This document shows positions 1 to 8,837 of a stretch of 64,000 nucleotides of DNA, in pieces. Positions within the stretch are counted from its first letter, which is position 1; each line of letters opens with the position of its first letter. Source of the DNA: an uncultured Acidimicrobiia bacterium (GTDB lineage Bacteria; Actinomycetota; Acidimicrobiia; Spongiisociales; JAENVV01); the NCBI GenBank assembly GCA_963698385.1, contig CAVOQP010000006.1:150318-214317 (forward strand), read 5' to 3'. The notes under the pieces were generated by a model. The model worked only from the letters and a program-made list of their open reading frames with translations, was not told where the DNA came from and did not search any database. The position numbers and the translations under genes were made by a program.

Positions 1-1
1 G

Positions 2-1783
2 GCTGACTGGGAGCGCACCAAGACGCGGGTCCGCAAGGAGGTGGCGGCCGTGGCTGAGCAGGTTGTATCACTTCACCGCCGGCGAGCGCGGGCCTCGGGG
101 CATCCGTTCGCTCCCGACACGCCCTGGCAGCGCGAAATGGAGGGCACCTTCCCGTTCGAGGAGACTCCCGACCAATTGACCGCGATCGAGGCCGTGAAAG
201 CTGACATGGAGACCGAGCAGCCCATGGACCGGCTGGTCTTCGGAGACGTCGGGTTTGGGAAGACCGAAGTGGCTGTACGGGCGGTCTTCAAGGCAGTGAT
301 GGAAGGCAAGCAGGCCGCTGTCCTGTGCCCGACGACCTTGCTGGCCCAACAACACACACAGGTGTTCTCCGATCGGTTCGCCGGGTACCCGGTGCGCGTA
401 GAGATGCTGTCGCGGTTCCTGACCCAGAAGGAACAGAGAGCGGTGACCGACGGCATGGCGAGTGGCGAGGTCGACGTCGTCATCGGCACCCACCGCCTGC
501 TCTCGGACGGCGTCGTCTTCAAGGATCTCGGACTCCTCGTCGTCGATGAAGAGCAGCGTTTCGGAGTGGCTGCCAAGGATCGGATCAAGCGCTTCAGGAT
601 CGGGGTCGACGTCCTGACACTCACCGCCACACCGATTCCCCGCACCCTGGAGATGGCCCTCACCGGCGTCCGGGACGTCAGCCACATCCGCACGGCCCCA
701 GGCGATCGTCACCCCATCCTCACCTATGTCGGGCCCTACGACGAGCGGTCCGTCTCGGCTGCGATCCGTCGTGAGCTCCTGCGAGAGGGCCAGGTCTTCT
801 ATGTCCACAACCGGGTCCAGTCGATCGAGCGGGCGGTGGCCCAGCTTCGGGACCTGGTCCCCGACGCGCGCTACGCGGTCGCCCACGGGCAGATGAGCGA
901 GGGAGAGTTGGAGCAGGTCATGCTGGACTTCTGGGCCGGCTCGTACGACGTGCTGGTGGCGACGACGATCATCGAGTCCGGGCTCGACCTCCCGTCCGTG
1001 AACACCCTCATCGTCGAGCGCGCCGAGATGCTCGGGCTCGGTCAGCTCTACCAACTCCGCGGCCGGGTGGGGCGCGGGACCCAGCGGGCGTACGCCTACC
1101 TCTTCCACCCCGAGGAGCAGTCGCTGTCCGAGGATGCCTTCCGCCGCTTGCAGGCGATCGGGGAAGCGACCCAACTCGGTTCAGGGTTCGACCTGGCTCG
1201 TCGGGACCTCGAGATACGGGGCGCCGGTTCGATGCTCGGCGAAGTGCAGTCCGGCCACATCGCAGCTGTGGGATTCGACCTCTACCTGGAACTGGTCAGT
1301 GAGGCGGTCGGTGAACTGGCCGGCACAGGGGTCGAGAAAGTGGCTCCGATCGAGGTGCGGATCGACCTGCCGGTGGATGCCCACCTCCCGGAGTCGTACG
1401 TCGCCGACCAGGCGGCCCGCCTCGAGGCCTACCGACGGTTGGCCTCGACCACGACCCACGAGAGCGTGGACGATGTGGTGGCCGAGTGGGCGGATCGATA
1501 CGGTGAGCTTCCGGCTGAGGCGGAGGCGCTGATCCGGATGGCTCGGCTCCGGGTGGAGGCGGTGCGGGTGGGGCTGAAGGAGATCGTAAAACTCCGCAAC
1601 GAGATCCGCCTGGGACCAGTCTCACTCACCGACTCCCAGGAGGTCCGCCTCCAGCGCCTCACCAAGCGGCGGGCCATCGTCAAGCGGCGGGAAGGCCTCG
1701 TGTTCATCCCCGCCCCTCTCCGGAATGTCGATGAGGCCCTTCACGACTTCCTCCGGGAGATGTGGCCGGCGCCTGAGATGTGA
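2..1783 (+). CDS. mfd: transcription-repair coupling factor Mfd, C-terminal ~580 aa (5' end lies upstream of window)
   Basis: Reading frame is open to the window edge. Translation shows SF2 helicase motifs (GFGKTEVA Walker A, VVDEEQRFGV DEAD/DEEQ box, QLRGRVGRG motif VI) followed by the TRCF C-terminal domain. The mfd-mazG gene order is conserved in actinobacteria. Confidence 0.85.
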   Translation, partial: ADWERTKTRVRKEVAAVAEQVVSLHRRRARASGHPFAPDTPWQREMEGTFPFEETPDQLTAIEAVKADMETEQPMDRLVFGDVGFGKTEVAVRAVFKAVMEGKQAAVLCPTTLLAQQHTQVFSDRFAGYPVRVEMLSRFLTQKEQRAVTDGMASGEVDVVIGTHRLLSDGVVFKDLGLLVVDEEQRFGVAAKDRIKRFRIGVDVLTLTATPIPRTLEMALTGVRDVSHIRTAPGDRHPILTYVGPYDERSVSAAIRRELLREGQVFYVHNRVQSIERAVAQLRDLVPDARYAVAHGQMSEGELEQVMLDFWAGSYDVLVATTIIESGLDLPSVNTLIVERAEMLGLGQLYQLRGRVGRGTQRAYAYLFHPEEQSLSEDAFRRLQAIGEATQLGSGFDLARRDLEIRGAGSMLGEVQSGHIAAVGFDLYLELVSEAVGELAGTGVEKVAPIEVRIDLPVDAHLPESYVADQAARLEAYRRLASTTTHESVDDVVAEWADRYGELPAEAEALIRMARLRVEAVRVGLKEIVKLRNEIRLGPVSLTDSQEVRLQRLTKRRAIVKRREGLVFIPAPLRNVDEALHDFLREMWPAPEM

Positions 1784-1786
1784 CAC

Positions 1787-2800
1787 GTGGTCCGGCGTAC
1801 GCCCGGCCCCGCGATACCATCTAGGAACCCCGATTCATCGCTTGGAGACCCTGTGCGCCGCTTCATCCCACTCCTCGCCGCCATGGCGTTGGCCCTCACT
1901 GCTTGCGCGGGAGGGTCGAACACGATCGTCGCCACGGTCAACGGTGTCGACATCTCCCTGAATGACGTGCGTGAACTCCGACCCGACACCGACTCGGTCG
2001 GCGCTGATCAATTCGCCAGTGACCTCCAGTTGCTCGTCGTGAACCAGATCGTGCGCGAGGGTGCCGGAGCACTCGGCATCACGGTCACCACCGAGGAGAT
2101 CGCCGAGGAGTTGGCATTGATCGTGGACCAGATCGAAGCACCAGATCCGTCCACGGGCGCGACGATGACGTTCGAGGAATTCATGTCGCAGCAGAACCTC
2201 TCCGACGCCATCGTCGACCTCGCCATCGAACAGCAGGTGCTCAACGAGGAGCTGGTCGCCCATTTCTCCGACACGATCGAGGTCTCCGAAGAGGAGATCG
2301 AGGCCCAGTTCAACATCGAGCAGCAGAGCCGCTCGGAAGTGTGTGCATCCCACATCCTCCTCGAGGATGAGGCGACCGCCGATGAGGTCCTCGAACTCGC
2401 GCTCGCAGACGGGGCCGATTTCAGCGCCCTTGCCAACGAGTACTCGACCGGCCCGACCGGTCCCACCGGTGGAGTGCTTGGATGCGCATCGCCCGCCAAC
2501 TACGTCCCCGAGTTCGGCATCGCCACCCTGCTCGCAGAACTCAACGTGCCGTACGGCCCGGTGCAGTCGGAGTTCGGGTTCCACATCATCCTCGTCACGG
2601 CCCGCGAGGTCCCGGTCCTCGAGGACATCAGGGCTGAACTAGCCGCCACCGTGCGGGCTGGGGCCGCCAACGGGGAAGTGAGCGCTTGGTTCATCAGCCT
2701 GGTGAACGAAGCCGCGGTCACGATCGAGGCCGAATACGGGTCCTGGGTGGACAGCGGCGGCGGAGTCCCCGGGGTCGTGGCCCCGGCCCCGAACGCGTAG
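1787..2800 (+). CDS. parvulin-type peptidyl-prolyl cis-trans isomerase lipoprotein (PrsA/SurA-like); true start probably the GTG near 1853 (VRRFIPLLAAMALALTACAGG)
   Basis: Signal peptide with lipobox LTAC. C-terminal half has PpiC/parvulin-like sequence (CASHILLEDEATADEVLELALADGADFSALANEYS...FGFHIILV). Confidence 0.6.
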   Translation: MVRRTPGPAIPSRNPDSSLGDPVRRFIPLLAAMALALTACAGGSNTIVATVNGVDISLNDVRELRPDTDSVGADQFASDLQLLVVNQIVREGAGALGITVTTEEIAEELALIVDQIEAPDPSTGATMTFEEFMSQQNLSDAIVDLAIEQQVLNEELVAHFSDTIEVSEEEIEAQFNIEQQSRSEVCASHILLEDEATADEVLELALADGADFSALANEYSTGPTGPTGGVLGCASPANYVPEFGIATLLAELNVPYGPVQSEFGFHIILVTAREVPVLEDIRAELAATVRAGAANGEVSAWFISLVNEAAVTIEAEYGSWVDSGGGVPGVVAPAPNA

Positions 2801-2893
2801 TGCTCCGCCCACCAAGCTCTGCGGCGTCCTGGTGGCCAGGATCACCCCTCGAACACTCATGGACACGGCATTAGCGACACATAGGGGGCGAGG

Positions 2894-4486
2894 ATGACGC
2901 ACCAGGCGCCTCGTACCCTCCACGTCGTCGGACTCGGTCCCGGTTCCCTCGACCGGGTGAGCGGGAGAACGCTGGAGCTCCTGTTGGACGCCGACTGCAC
3001 CGTGCTGCTCCGCACGACCGAGCACCCCGCCGCCGAGGAATTGTCAGCCCAGCGTGAGGTGCGTGGCTTCGACGAGGTCTATCAGCAGTCGGAGACCTTC
3101 GATGAGGTCTACGAGGAGATCGCTCGCCAGGTCGTGGCTCGGGCTTCCGAGGCATCGGTGGTCTATGCGGTCCCCGGCTCTCCCCTCGTCGGCGAACGGA
3201 CCGTCCCACTGATCAGGGCGCTGGCCTCGAAGGCCGGACTCACCATCGAGGTCCACCCGGCCGAGTCGTTCATCGATTGCTCGCTGGCCGCGGTCGGCCT
3301 GGACCCGCTGTTCAGCGGCCTCCAAGTGCTCGATGGACACGACCTGCCCGATCCGCTCGAACTGCACCTCCCCACCTTGATCGGGCATCTCACCCTCCCG
3401 ATCATCGTCGCCGACATCCTCGACCGTCTCCGTGGCCTCCTCCCCGATGACCAACCCGTCACCGTCCTGACGAACGTCGGTGGACCGGGCGAGACCGTGG
3501 AACTCACTGCGCTCACCGACCTGACCCCGGACCTGGCCGGCCTCAGGGTCTCCCTCTTCCTCGACCCGGGTCCGAACGGACTCCACGGAGCCATCACCAC
3601 GATGCGCAGGCTGCGGGTCGAATGCCCGTGGGATGCCGAGCAGACGCACCAGAGCATTCTTCCCAACCTCGTCGAGGAAGCCTTCGAGTTGTACGACGCG
3701 CTCGAGGCGGTGGGGGAGGGCGTGCCCGGCGAGGGAGTGGAGCCCGCCTGGGGCGCATACGGCGAGGTCGAGGAGGAACTCGGTGACGTGCTCCTCCAGG
3801 TCTTGTTCCACACCACCATGGGCGAGGAGATCGGCGGCGTCTCGCTCGACGGTGTGACAACCACTCTGCGGGAGAAGCTCGAGCGGCGCCACCCCCACGT
3901 CTTTGGTGACGTCGAAGCCGGCACGGCCGGGGAGACGCTCGATCGGTGGGAACGGATCAAGGCTGATGAGAAGCGGCGACAGTCCGCGCTCGACGGCGTG
4001 CCACGCTCCCTGCCGGCCATCCCGCGAGCGATGAAACTCCAGCAGCGGGCCGCCCGAGTCGGATTCGATTGGGACTCGGTCCCCCCGGTGCTCGCCAAGG
4101 TCCGCGAGGAGATCGGCGAGTTGGAGGAGGCGATCGGAACCGATCACGCGCCGCATGAGGTGGGCGACCTCATCTTTGCCGTCGTCAACCTCGCTCGGCA
4201 CCTCGGGATCGATCCCGAACTGGCAGCACGGCGGGCCGTGGATCGATTCGACTCCCGATTCCGGAGCGTCGAGGCCATGGCGGAGGGGCCGCTCGACGAG
4301 ATGACGCTCGACCAACTCGACGCCCTGTGGGAGCGGGCGAAGGAGTACGAAGTACGGAGTACGGAGAGGCAGAGAACGGAGAACGGGGAACGGAGCCAGA
4401 GGGACGACGGATGGGGGACGCGTGGAGGGAGTACGGAGTACGGAGAAAGAGGGCCCGAGCCAGGGCTGCGGGCTCCCGGCCCGTGA
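2894..4486 (+). CDS. mazG: MazG nucleoside triphosphate pyrophosphohydrolase, YabN-type with N-terminal tetrapyrrole-methylase-like domain; C-terminal ~45 aa encoded by tandem repeats
   Basis: N-terminus HVVGLGPGSLDRVS...LLLDADCTVLLRT resembles the TP-methylase fold. Two MazG/EEXXE-type repeats (EVEEELGDVLLQVLF... and EIGELEEAIG...EVGDLIFAVVNLARHLGIDPE). Immediately downstream of mfd, as is typical. Confidence 0.8.
   Translation: MTHQAPRTLHVVGLGPGSLDRVSGRTLELLLDADCTVLLRTTEHPAAEELSAQREVRGFDEVYQQSETFDEVYEEIARQVVARASEASVVYAVPGSPLVGERTVPLIRALASKAGLTIEVHPAESFIDCSLAAVGLDPLFSGLQVLDGHDLPDPLELHLPTLIGHLTLPIIVADILDRLRGLLPDDQPVTVLTNVGGPGETVELTALTDLTPDLAGLRVSLFLDPGPNGLHGAITTMRRLRVECPWDAEQTHQSILPNLVEEAFELYDALEAVGEGVPGEGVEPAWGAYGEVEEELGDVLLQVLFHTTMGEEIGGVSLDGVTTTLREKLERRHPHVFGDVEAGTAGETLDRWERIKADEKRRQSALDGVPRSLPAIPRAMKLQQRAARVGFDWDSVPPVLAKVREEIGELEEAIGTDHAPHEVGDLIFAVVNLARHLGIDPELAARRAVDRFDSRFRSVEAMAEGPLDEMTLDQLDALWERAKEYEVRSTERQRTENGERSQRDDGWGTRGGSTEYGERGPEPGLRAPGP
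4340..4486 (+). repeat. GA-rich short tandem repeat block (GTACGGAGTACGGAG / GAGAACGGAGAACGG units) forming the 3' tail of the mazG ORF
   Basis: Direct reading: gagtacgaagtacggagtacggagaggcagagaacggagaacggggaacggag ... gagtacggagtacggagaaagag. It encodes the low-complexity peptide YEVRSTERQRTENGERS...STEYGERG. Confidence 0.7.
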
Positions 4487-4498
4487 AACGAATCCGGG

Positions 4499-6130
4499 TT
4501 GGTGGGCCGGTGCTCCTACTCTGCCCGTGTGCTCATCGCACGCGATCTCCGCATCGAGGCCGGGGTCCGGGTTCTGCTCGACGAGGCCTCCTTCACCCTT
4601 CAAGCCGGCGACAAGGTCGGCCTCGTGGGGCGGAACGGCGCGGGCAAGACGACCTTGATGAAGACCCTTGGTGGGACCAGGGCACCTACAGGTGGGACGA
4701 TCACCCGTTCCGGCAGCCACGGCTACTTCTCCCAGGAAGCCCACATCCCCGACCCGCGTAGCCCGCACCTCACCGCGATCGAGCGCATCCTCCAGGCGCG
4801 GGGTATTGGCGAACTCTTCGTTCGCATGGAGGAGACCCGCCGTGCCCTCGAGCGGGTCTCGGACCCGGGGGAGATCGGGGCCTTCGTCCACCGCCTCGCC
4901 CGCCTGCAGGATCAACTCGACACCCAGGGCGGCTATGCCGCCGAGGCCGAGGCGAAGAAGATCGCGGCGGCTGTGGGGATCGCCAACGAGGACCTCGACC
5001 AGCCCATCACCACGATGTCGGGTGGCCAGCGTCGGCGGGTCGAACTGGCCCGCATCCTCTTCAGTGAGACGGAGGTGCTGCTCCTCGACGAACCCACCAA
5101 CCACCTCGACCTCGATGCCAAGGCCTGGCTGATGGAGTACCTCGCTGCCTACAAGGGTGGCTTGCTCGTGGTCAGCCACGATCTGCCGCTCCTCGACCAG
5201 TCGATCACGTCGGTGCTCGCCCTCGACAACGGGCACCTCGAGGCCTACAAGGGCAACTACTCCCACTTCCTCGATGAGCGAGAGCGTCGTCGCGAGCAGA
5301 GGGAACGGGAGCGCAAGCAGCAGGACCAGAAGATCGCCCAGTTGGAGTACACGATCAACAGGTTCCGTGGAACCACCGAGAAGATGGCCAAGAAGGCCAA
5401 GGCGATGGAGACTCGGGTCGATCGCATCAAGCGTGACCTCGTCGAGATCGAGACGAGGGGACGGGACACCAAGATCGCGTTCCCGCAGCCCGAGCCCTCC
5501 AACCGGATCCCGATCGAGGCATCCGGCCTCGCCAAGGCCTACGGCGACAACGTCGTGTTCGTCGACGTCGGTGTGGTCATCGACCGGGGCGAGACCTTCC
5601 TCATCATGGGACTGAACGGTGCCGGCAAGACCACACTCCTGCGGATCCTGGCCGGGGTCGAGTCCCACGATCTCGGCGTGGTGAACGTCGGCGGAAAGAC
5701 CACCCTCGGGTACTACGCCCAGGAGCACGAGCAGATCGACCCGACTCGGACCGTCTTTGCCCACGTCCGCGAGGTCTCCGACCTCCCCGATGTCACCATC
5801 CGCGGACTCCTCGGCAGGTTCCTGCTGGCCGACAAGGTCGACCAGGATGCCGGGACCCTGTCCGGCGGCGAGAAGACGAAGCTCGCCCTGGCCCAGGTGG
5901 TCCTCGCCCGGCCGAACGTGCTGCTCCTCGACGAGCCGACCAACAACCTCGACCCCCAGTCGAAGGAAGCGTTGCTCGAGGCACTCCACGAGTACCAGGG
6001 AACGATCATCCTCGTCAGCCACGACACCGACTTCGTCGCCCGCCTCCAACCCGACCGAGCCCTCCTCATGCCCGACGCAGAGGTCCGGTACTTCGACGAA
6101 GAGATGCTCGAACTCGTCTCGCTTGCCTGA
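4499..6130 (+). CDS. ABC-F family ATPase with duplicated ABC domains (EttA/Uup/YheS-like translation factor type); likely start at the GTG near 4526
   Basis: Two complete nucleotide-binding domains (GRNGAGKTT ... LSGGQRRRVELARIL ... LLLDEPTNHLD; GLNGAGKTT ... LSGGEKTKLALAQVV ... LLLDEPTNNLD) separated by a charged coiled-coil linker (RERRREQRERERKQQDQKIAQLE). No transmembrane domain. Confidence 0.8.
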   Translation: MVGRCSYSARVLIARDLRIEAGVRVLLDEASFTLQAGDKVGLVGRNGAGKTTLMKTLGGTRAPTGGTITRSGSHGYFSQEAHIPDPRSPHLTAIERILQARGIGELFVRMEETRRALERVSDPGEIGAFVHRLARLQDQLDTQGGYAAEAEAKKIAAAVGIANEDLDQPITTMSGGQRRRVELARILFSETEVLLLDEPTNHLDLDAKAWLMEYLAAYKGGLLVVSHDLPLLDQSITSVLALDNGHLEAYKGNYSHFLDERERRREQRERERKQQDQKIAQLEYTINRFRGTTEKMAKKAKAMETRVDRIKRDLVEIETRGRDTKIAFPQPEPSNRIPIEASGLAKAYGDNVVFVDVGVVIDRGETFLIMGLNGAGKTTLLRILAGVESHDLGVVNVGGKTTLGYYAQEHEQIDPTRTVFAHVREVSDLPDVTIRGLLGRFLLADKVDQDAGTLSGGEKTKLALAQVVLARPNVLLLDEPTNNLDPQSKEALLEALHEYQGTIILVSHDTDFVARLQPDRALLMPDAEVRYFDEEMLELVSLA

Positions 6131-6167
6131 CCGGGAACCACCCGGGCGTAGCCTTCGTCCAATCAGC

Positions 6168-6560
6168 ATGAGACTCGCCACTGCCCTCCTGGTCCTGTTG
6201 GCCGCTTGCACCTACCCGGGCGGCGAGCCGCCGACCACCGATGCCCCGCTGCCGACCGGCGACTTCATCACGGGGACCGTCTTCGTCGAGGGGACAGCCG
6301 TCTCGATCGCAGAATCCTTCCCCATGCAGCTCTTTCTGCAGGTGTTCGGGGAGCTGGCAACCCCGTGTGACGAACTCGTGTGGGACGTCGAGGAGTCCCC
6401 CGGCCGCTTCGACGTCACGCTCGAAAGCCGAATCGACCCGGCGGTGTCGTGTAGTGCCGTCACCGAGCCATTCGACGTGAACATCAAGCTCGGGGACACA
6501 GAGGGAGGGGTCTTCGAGATCTACCTCAATGGAGAGCTCGTCGAGACGATCGACGTCTAG
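6168..6560 (+). CDS. small secreted lipoprotein (130 aa), function unknown
   Basis: ATG at 6168 is in frame with the long track ORF 5757..6560, whose upstream part overlaps the ABC-F gene. The N-terminus MRLATALLVLLAACTYPG is a lipoprotein signal peptide. No recognisable catalytic motif. Confidence 0.4.
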   Translation: MRLATALLVLLAACTYPGGEPPTTDAPLPTGDFITGTVFVEGTAVSIAESFPMQLFLQVFGELATPCDELVWDVEESPGRFDVTLESRIDPAVSCSAVTEPFDVNIKLGDTEGGVFEIYLNGELVETIDV

Positions 6561-6636
6561 CGGTGTGTCTGCGGATTGATGGTGGCGTGCCCGTGGATCG
6601 ATGGCGACTCGACCCACTCAGCTCGAAGACACACCT

Positions 6637-7299
6637 CTAGCGAAGCGCTGCGCGGAGTTCCCGGACGGCGTCGGCCTTGCCCACGGGATGAGCGAGGATC
6701 GCCGATCCGGCGATGAAGTCCTCGGCGCCCGCCGCCCTCGCCGCCCCGATGGTGTGGGGTTTGATGCCACCGTCCACCTCGACACGCGTGGTCAGTCCGC
6801 GGGTGTCGATGAGCCGACGGGCTTCGCCGATCTTCCCCTCGACTTCCGGAAGATAGGCCTGGCCGGCGTAGCCGGGGTGGACAGTCATGAGGACGAGGAG
6901 GTCGATCCGCTCCCATGCCCCGTCGAGTACTGAGAGGGGAGTGCCCGGGTTGAGTGCAACCCCGGCCGCGGCCCCGACCGCGCGGACCTGGGTGAGCAGT
7001 CCGACGAGGTCGTGGACTGCCTCGACATGGAAGATGACCGTCTCGCAGCCGGCCTCGACGAAGTCGAGGACCGCCGTCTCAGGATGCTCGACCATGAGGT
7101 GTGCCTCGAACGGGAGTGTCGTGAGCGGGCGGGCTGCAGCCACGATGTCGGCCCCGAAGGTGATCGGAGGAACGAAGCTTCCGTCCATGACGTCCCACTG
7201 GATGCCATCGACCCCGGCGGACTCGAGATCGGCCACCTCGGTCGCGAGGTGCATGTAGTCGGCGCCGAGCACGGAGGCGATGATGCGGGCTGGGTGCAT
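6637..7299 (-). CDS. rpe: ribulose-phosphate 3-epimerase
   Basis: 220 aa. IIASVLGADYMHLATEVADLESAGVDGIQWDVMDGSFVP...HLMVEHPE...VDGG motif pattern typical of Rpe TIM-barrel. Confidence 0.85.
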   Translation of the reverse strand: MHPARIIASVLGADYMHLATEVADLESAGVDGIQWDVMDGSFVPPITFGADIVAAARPLTTLPFEAHLMVEHPETAVLDFVEAGCETVIFHVEAVHDLVGLLTQVRAVGAAAGVALNPGTPLSVLDGAWERIDLLVLMTVHPGYAGQAYLPEVEGKIGEARRLIDTRGLTTRVEVDGGIKPHTIGAARAAGAEDFIAGSAILAHPVGKADAVRELRAALR

Positions 7300-7318
7300 C
7301 AGCGCAGCCTATCTTGCC

Positions 7319-7344
7319 CTGCGTCTGCGTCTGCGTCTGCGTCT
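7319..7344. repeat. (CTGCGT)x4 hexanucleotide tandem repeat in the rpe/msiK divergent intergenic region
   Basis: Direct reading: ccctgcgtctgcgtctgcgtctgcgtcttg. Confidence 0.8.
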
Positions 7345-7506
7345 TGCATATGTCGGGGCCGGAAGCCCCACCTGGTACGGGCGGAGCGATCGGACTGCAA
7401 GCGCTTACATAGGCATGAAGGGGCAATTCTCGACGAATCAAGGGCATCTCACTGGAAACGCTTGCGGCCTTCGTATAGGTTGGACTCGACACGGAGAGGA
7501 TCCCAC

Positions 7507-8649
7507 ATGGCGAACATCACCTTCAGAGGCGTCGGGAAGGTCTACCCGGACGGCACCCGGGCGATCGAGGACGTGAGTTTCGAGATCGGCGATGGCGAGT
7601 TCGTCGTCCTCGTCGGCCCATCGGGGTGTGGGAAGTCGACCCTGCTCCGCATGGTGGCCGGCCTCGAGGAGATCACCGAGGGTGAAGTGGCGATCGGAGA
7701 GCGGGTCGTCAACGACATCCCGCCCAAGGACAGGGACATCGCCATGGTCTTCCAGAACTACGCGCTGTACCCCCACATGTCCGTCTACGACAACATGGCG
7801 TTCGGCCTCAAGCTGCGCAAGTTCGCCAAGGATGACATCGATCGGCGCGTCAAGGAGGCGGCCCGGGTCCTCGAGATCACCGAGTACCTCGAGCGCAAGC
7901 CCAAGGCGCTCTCCGGAGGCCAACGACAGCGGGTCGCCATGGGCCGGGCAATCGTCCGCGAGCCCTCAGCCTTCCTGATGGATGAGCCGCTCTCCAACCT
8001 CGACGCCAAGCTTCGTGTACAGATGCGATCCGAGCTCGGCCTCCTTCATGCTCGTCTCAAGACGACGACGCTCTATGTGACCCACGACCAGGTCGAGGCG
8101 ATGACCATGGGCGACCGGGTGGCGGTCATCCGCAAGGGTCTCCTCCAGCAGGTCGACGCTCCCCAGGCGCTGTATGAGTCGCCTCTCAACCTCTTCGTGG
8201 CCGGCTTCATCGGGAGCCCCGCCATGAACTTCATCGGGGGCCAGCTCGTCGGTGGTCGATTCGACTTCGGCATCGGCACGCTCGCCGTCAACCGCCAGGT
8301 GAAGGGTGCGACCGGTCGGCTGGTGGCCGGCATCCGTCCTGAGTCGTTCTTCGTCGCCGACAGCGGTACGCCGGACGACCAGGTCGTCGAGGCCCAGGTC
8401 GACCTGGTCGAGCAGCTCGGGTCGGACGCCTACATCCATTTCGAGCTGGACGTACCGCCGACCATCACTCCCGACATTCGGGAACTCCTCGCCGATCAAG
8501 GCGAGGACGCCTCCGCGATCGGGGAGAGGACCAAGATGGTTGCACGGGTCGACCCGCACCGGGCTCCCCGGGCCGGGGAGCGGGTCAGGCTGCGCATCGA
8601 GACCTCCAAGATGCACTTCTTCGACGAAGATGGGGGTGCGGCGCTGTAG
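7507..8649 (+). CDS. sugar ABC transporter ATP-binding protein, MalK/UgpC/MsiK family
   Basis: ATG at 7507 (MANITFRGVGKVY) is in frame with track ORF 7012..8649. Walker A GPSGCGKST, signature LSGGQRQRVAMGRAI, Walker B FLMDEPLSNLD, H-loop YVTHDQ. C-terminal TOBE/MalK regulatory domain is present. Confidence 0.8.
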   Translation: MANITFRGVGKVYPDGTRAIEDVSFEIGDGEFVVLVGPSGCGKSTLLRMVAGLEEITEGEVAIGERVVNDIPPKDRDIAMVFQNYALYPHMSVYDNMAFGLKLRKFAKDDIDRRVKEAARVLEITEYLERKPKALSGGQRQRVAMGRAIVREPSAFLMDEPLSNLDAKLRVQMRSELGLLHARLKTTTLYVTHDQVEAMTMGDRVAVIRKGLLQQVDAPQALYESPLNLFVAGFIGSPAMNFIGGQLVGGRFDFGIGTLAVNRQVKGATGRLVAGIRPESFFVADSGTPDDQVVEAQVDLVEQLGSDAYIHFELDVPPTITPDIRELLADQGEDASAIGERTKMVARVDPHRAPRAGERVRLRIETSKMHFFDEDGGAAL

Positions 8650-8667
8650 CTGTCGTCGCTTTCCTGG

Positions 8668-8695
8668 GAAGCCCCGGTCCGTCCACCGGGGCTTC
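8668..8695 (+). terminator. GC-rich hairpin downstream of the msiK-like gene (10-bp stem, 8-nt loop, no U-tract)
   Basis: gaagccccgg-tccgtcca-ccggggcttc, perfect inverted repeat starting 19 nt after the stop codon. Confidence 0.5.
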
Positions 8696-8837
8696 GTCGC
8701 GTCGGGATGGCATCCCGGGTTCGTATGCTTCAGTGACTGGCGGCCATGCAGTGGGGTCGGCATGCAACCGTTCACACACACCTGGGACGTGATGACGCTT
8801 CGGGCGTTGCGCTCCATGTACCTACAGGAGGAAGAAG

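Noticed and set aside
5757-6167. Upstream 137 codons of the track ORF 5757..6560
   Set aside because: Overlaps the ABC-F gene in another frame with Ser/Thr/Pro/Arg-rich featureless sequence. The genuine small lipoprotein starts at ATG 6168 after the ABC-F stop.
3044-6211. 1055-aa ORF on the minus strand
   Set aside because: Lies antisense to the mazG and ABC-F genes, which have clear conserved motifs. Long antisense ORFs are expected in ~70% GC DNA. Translation is low-complexity Arg/Gly/Leu-rich with no motifs.
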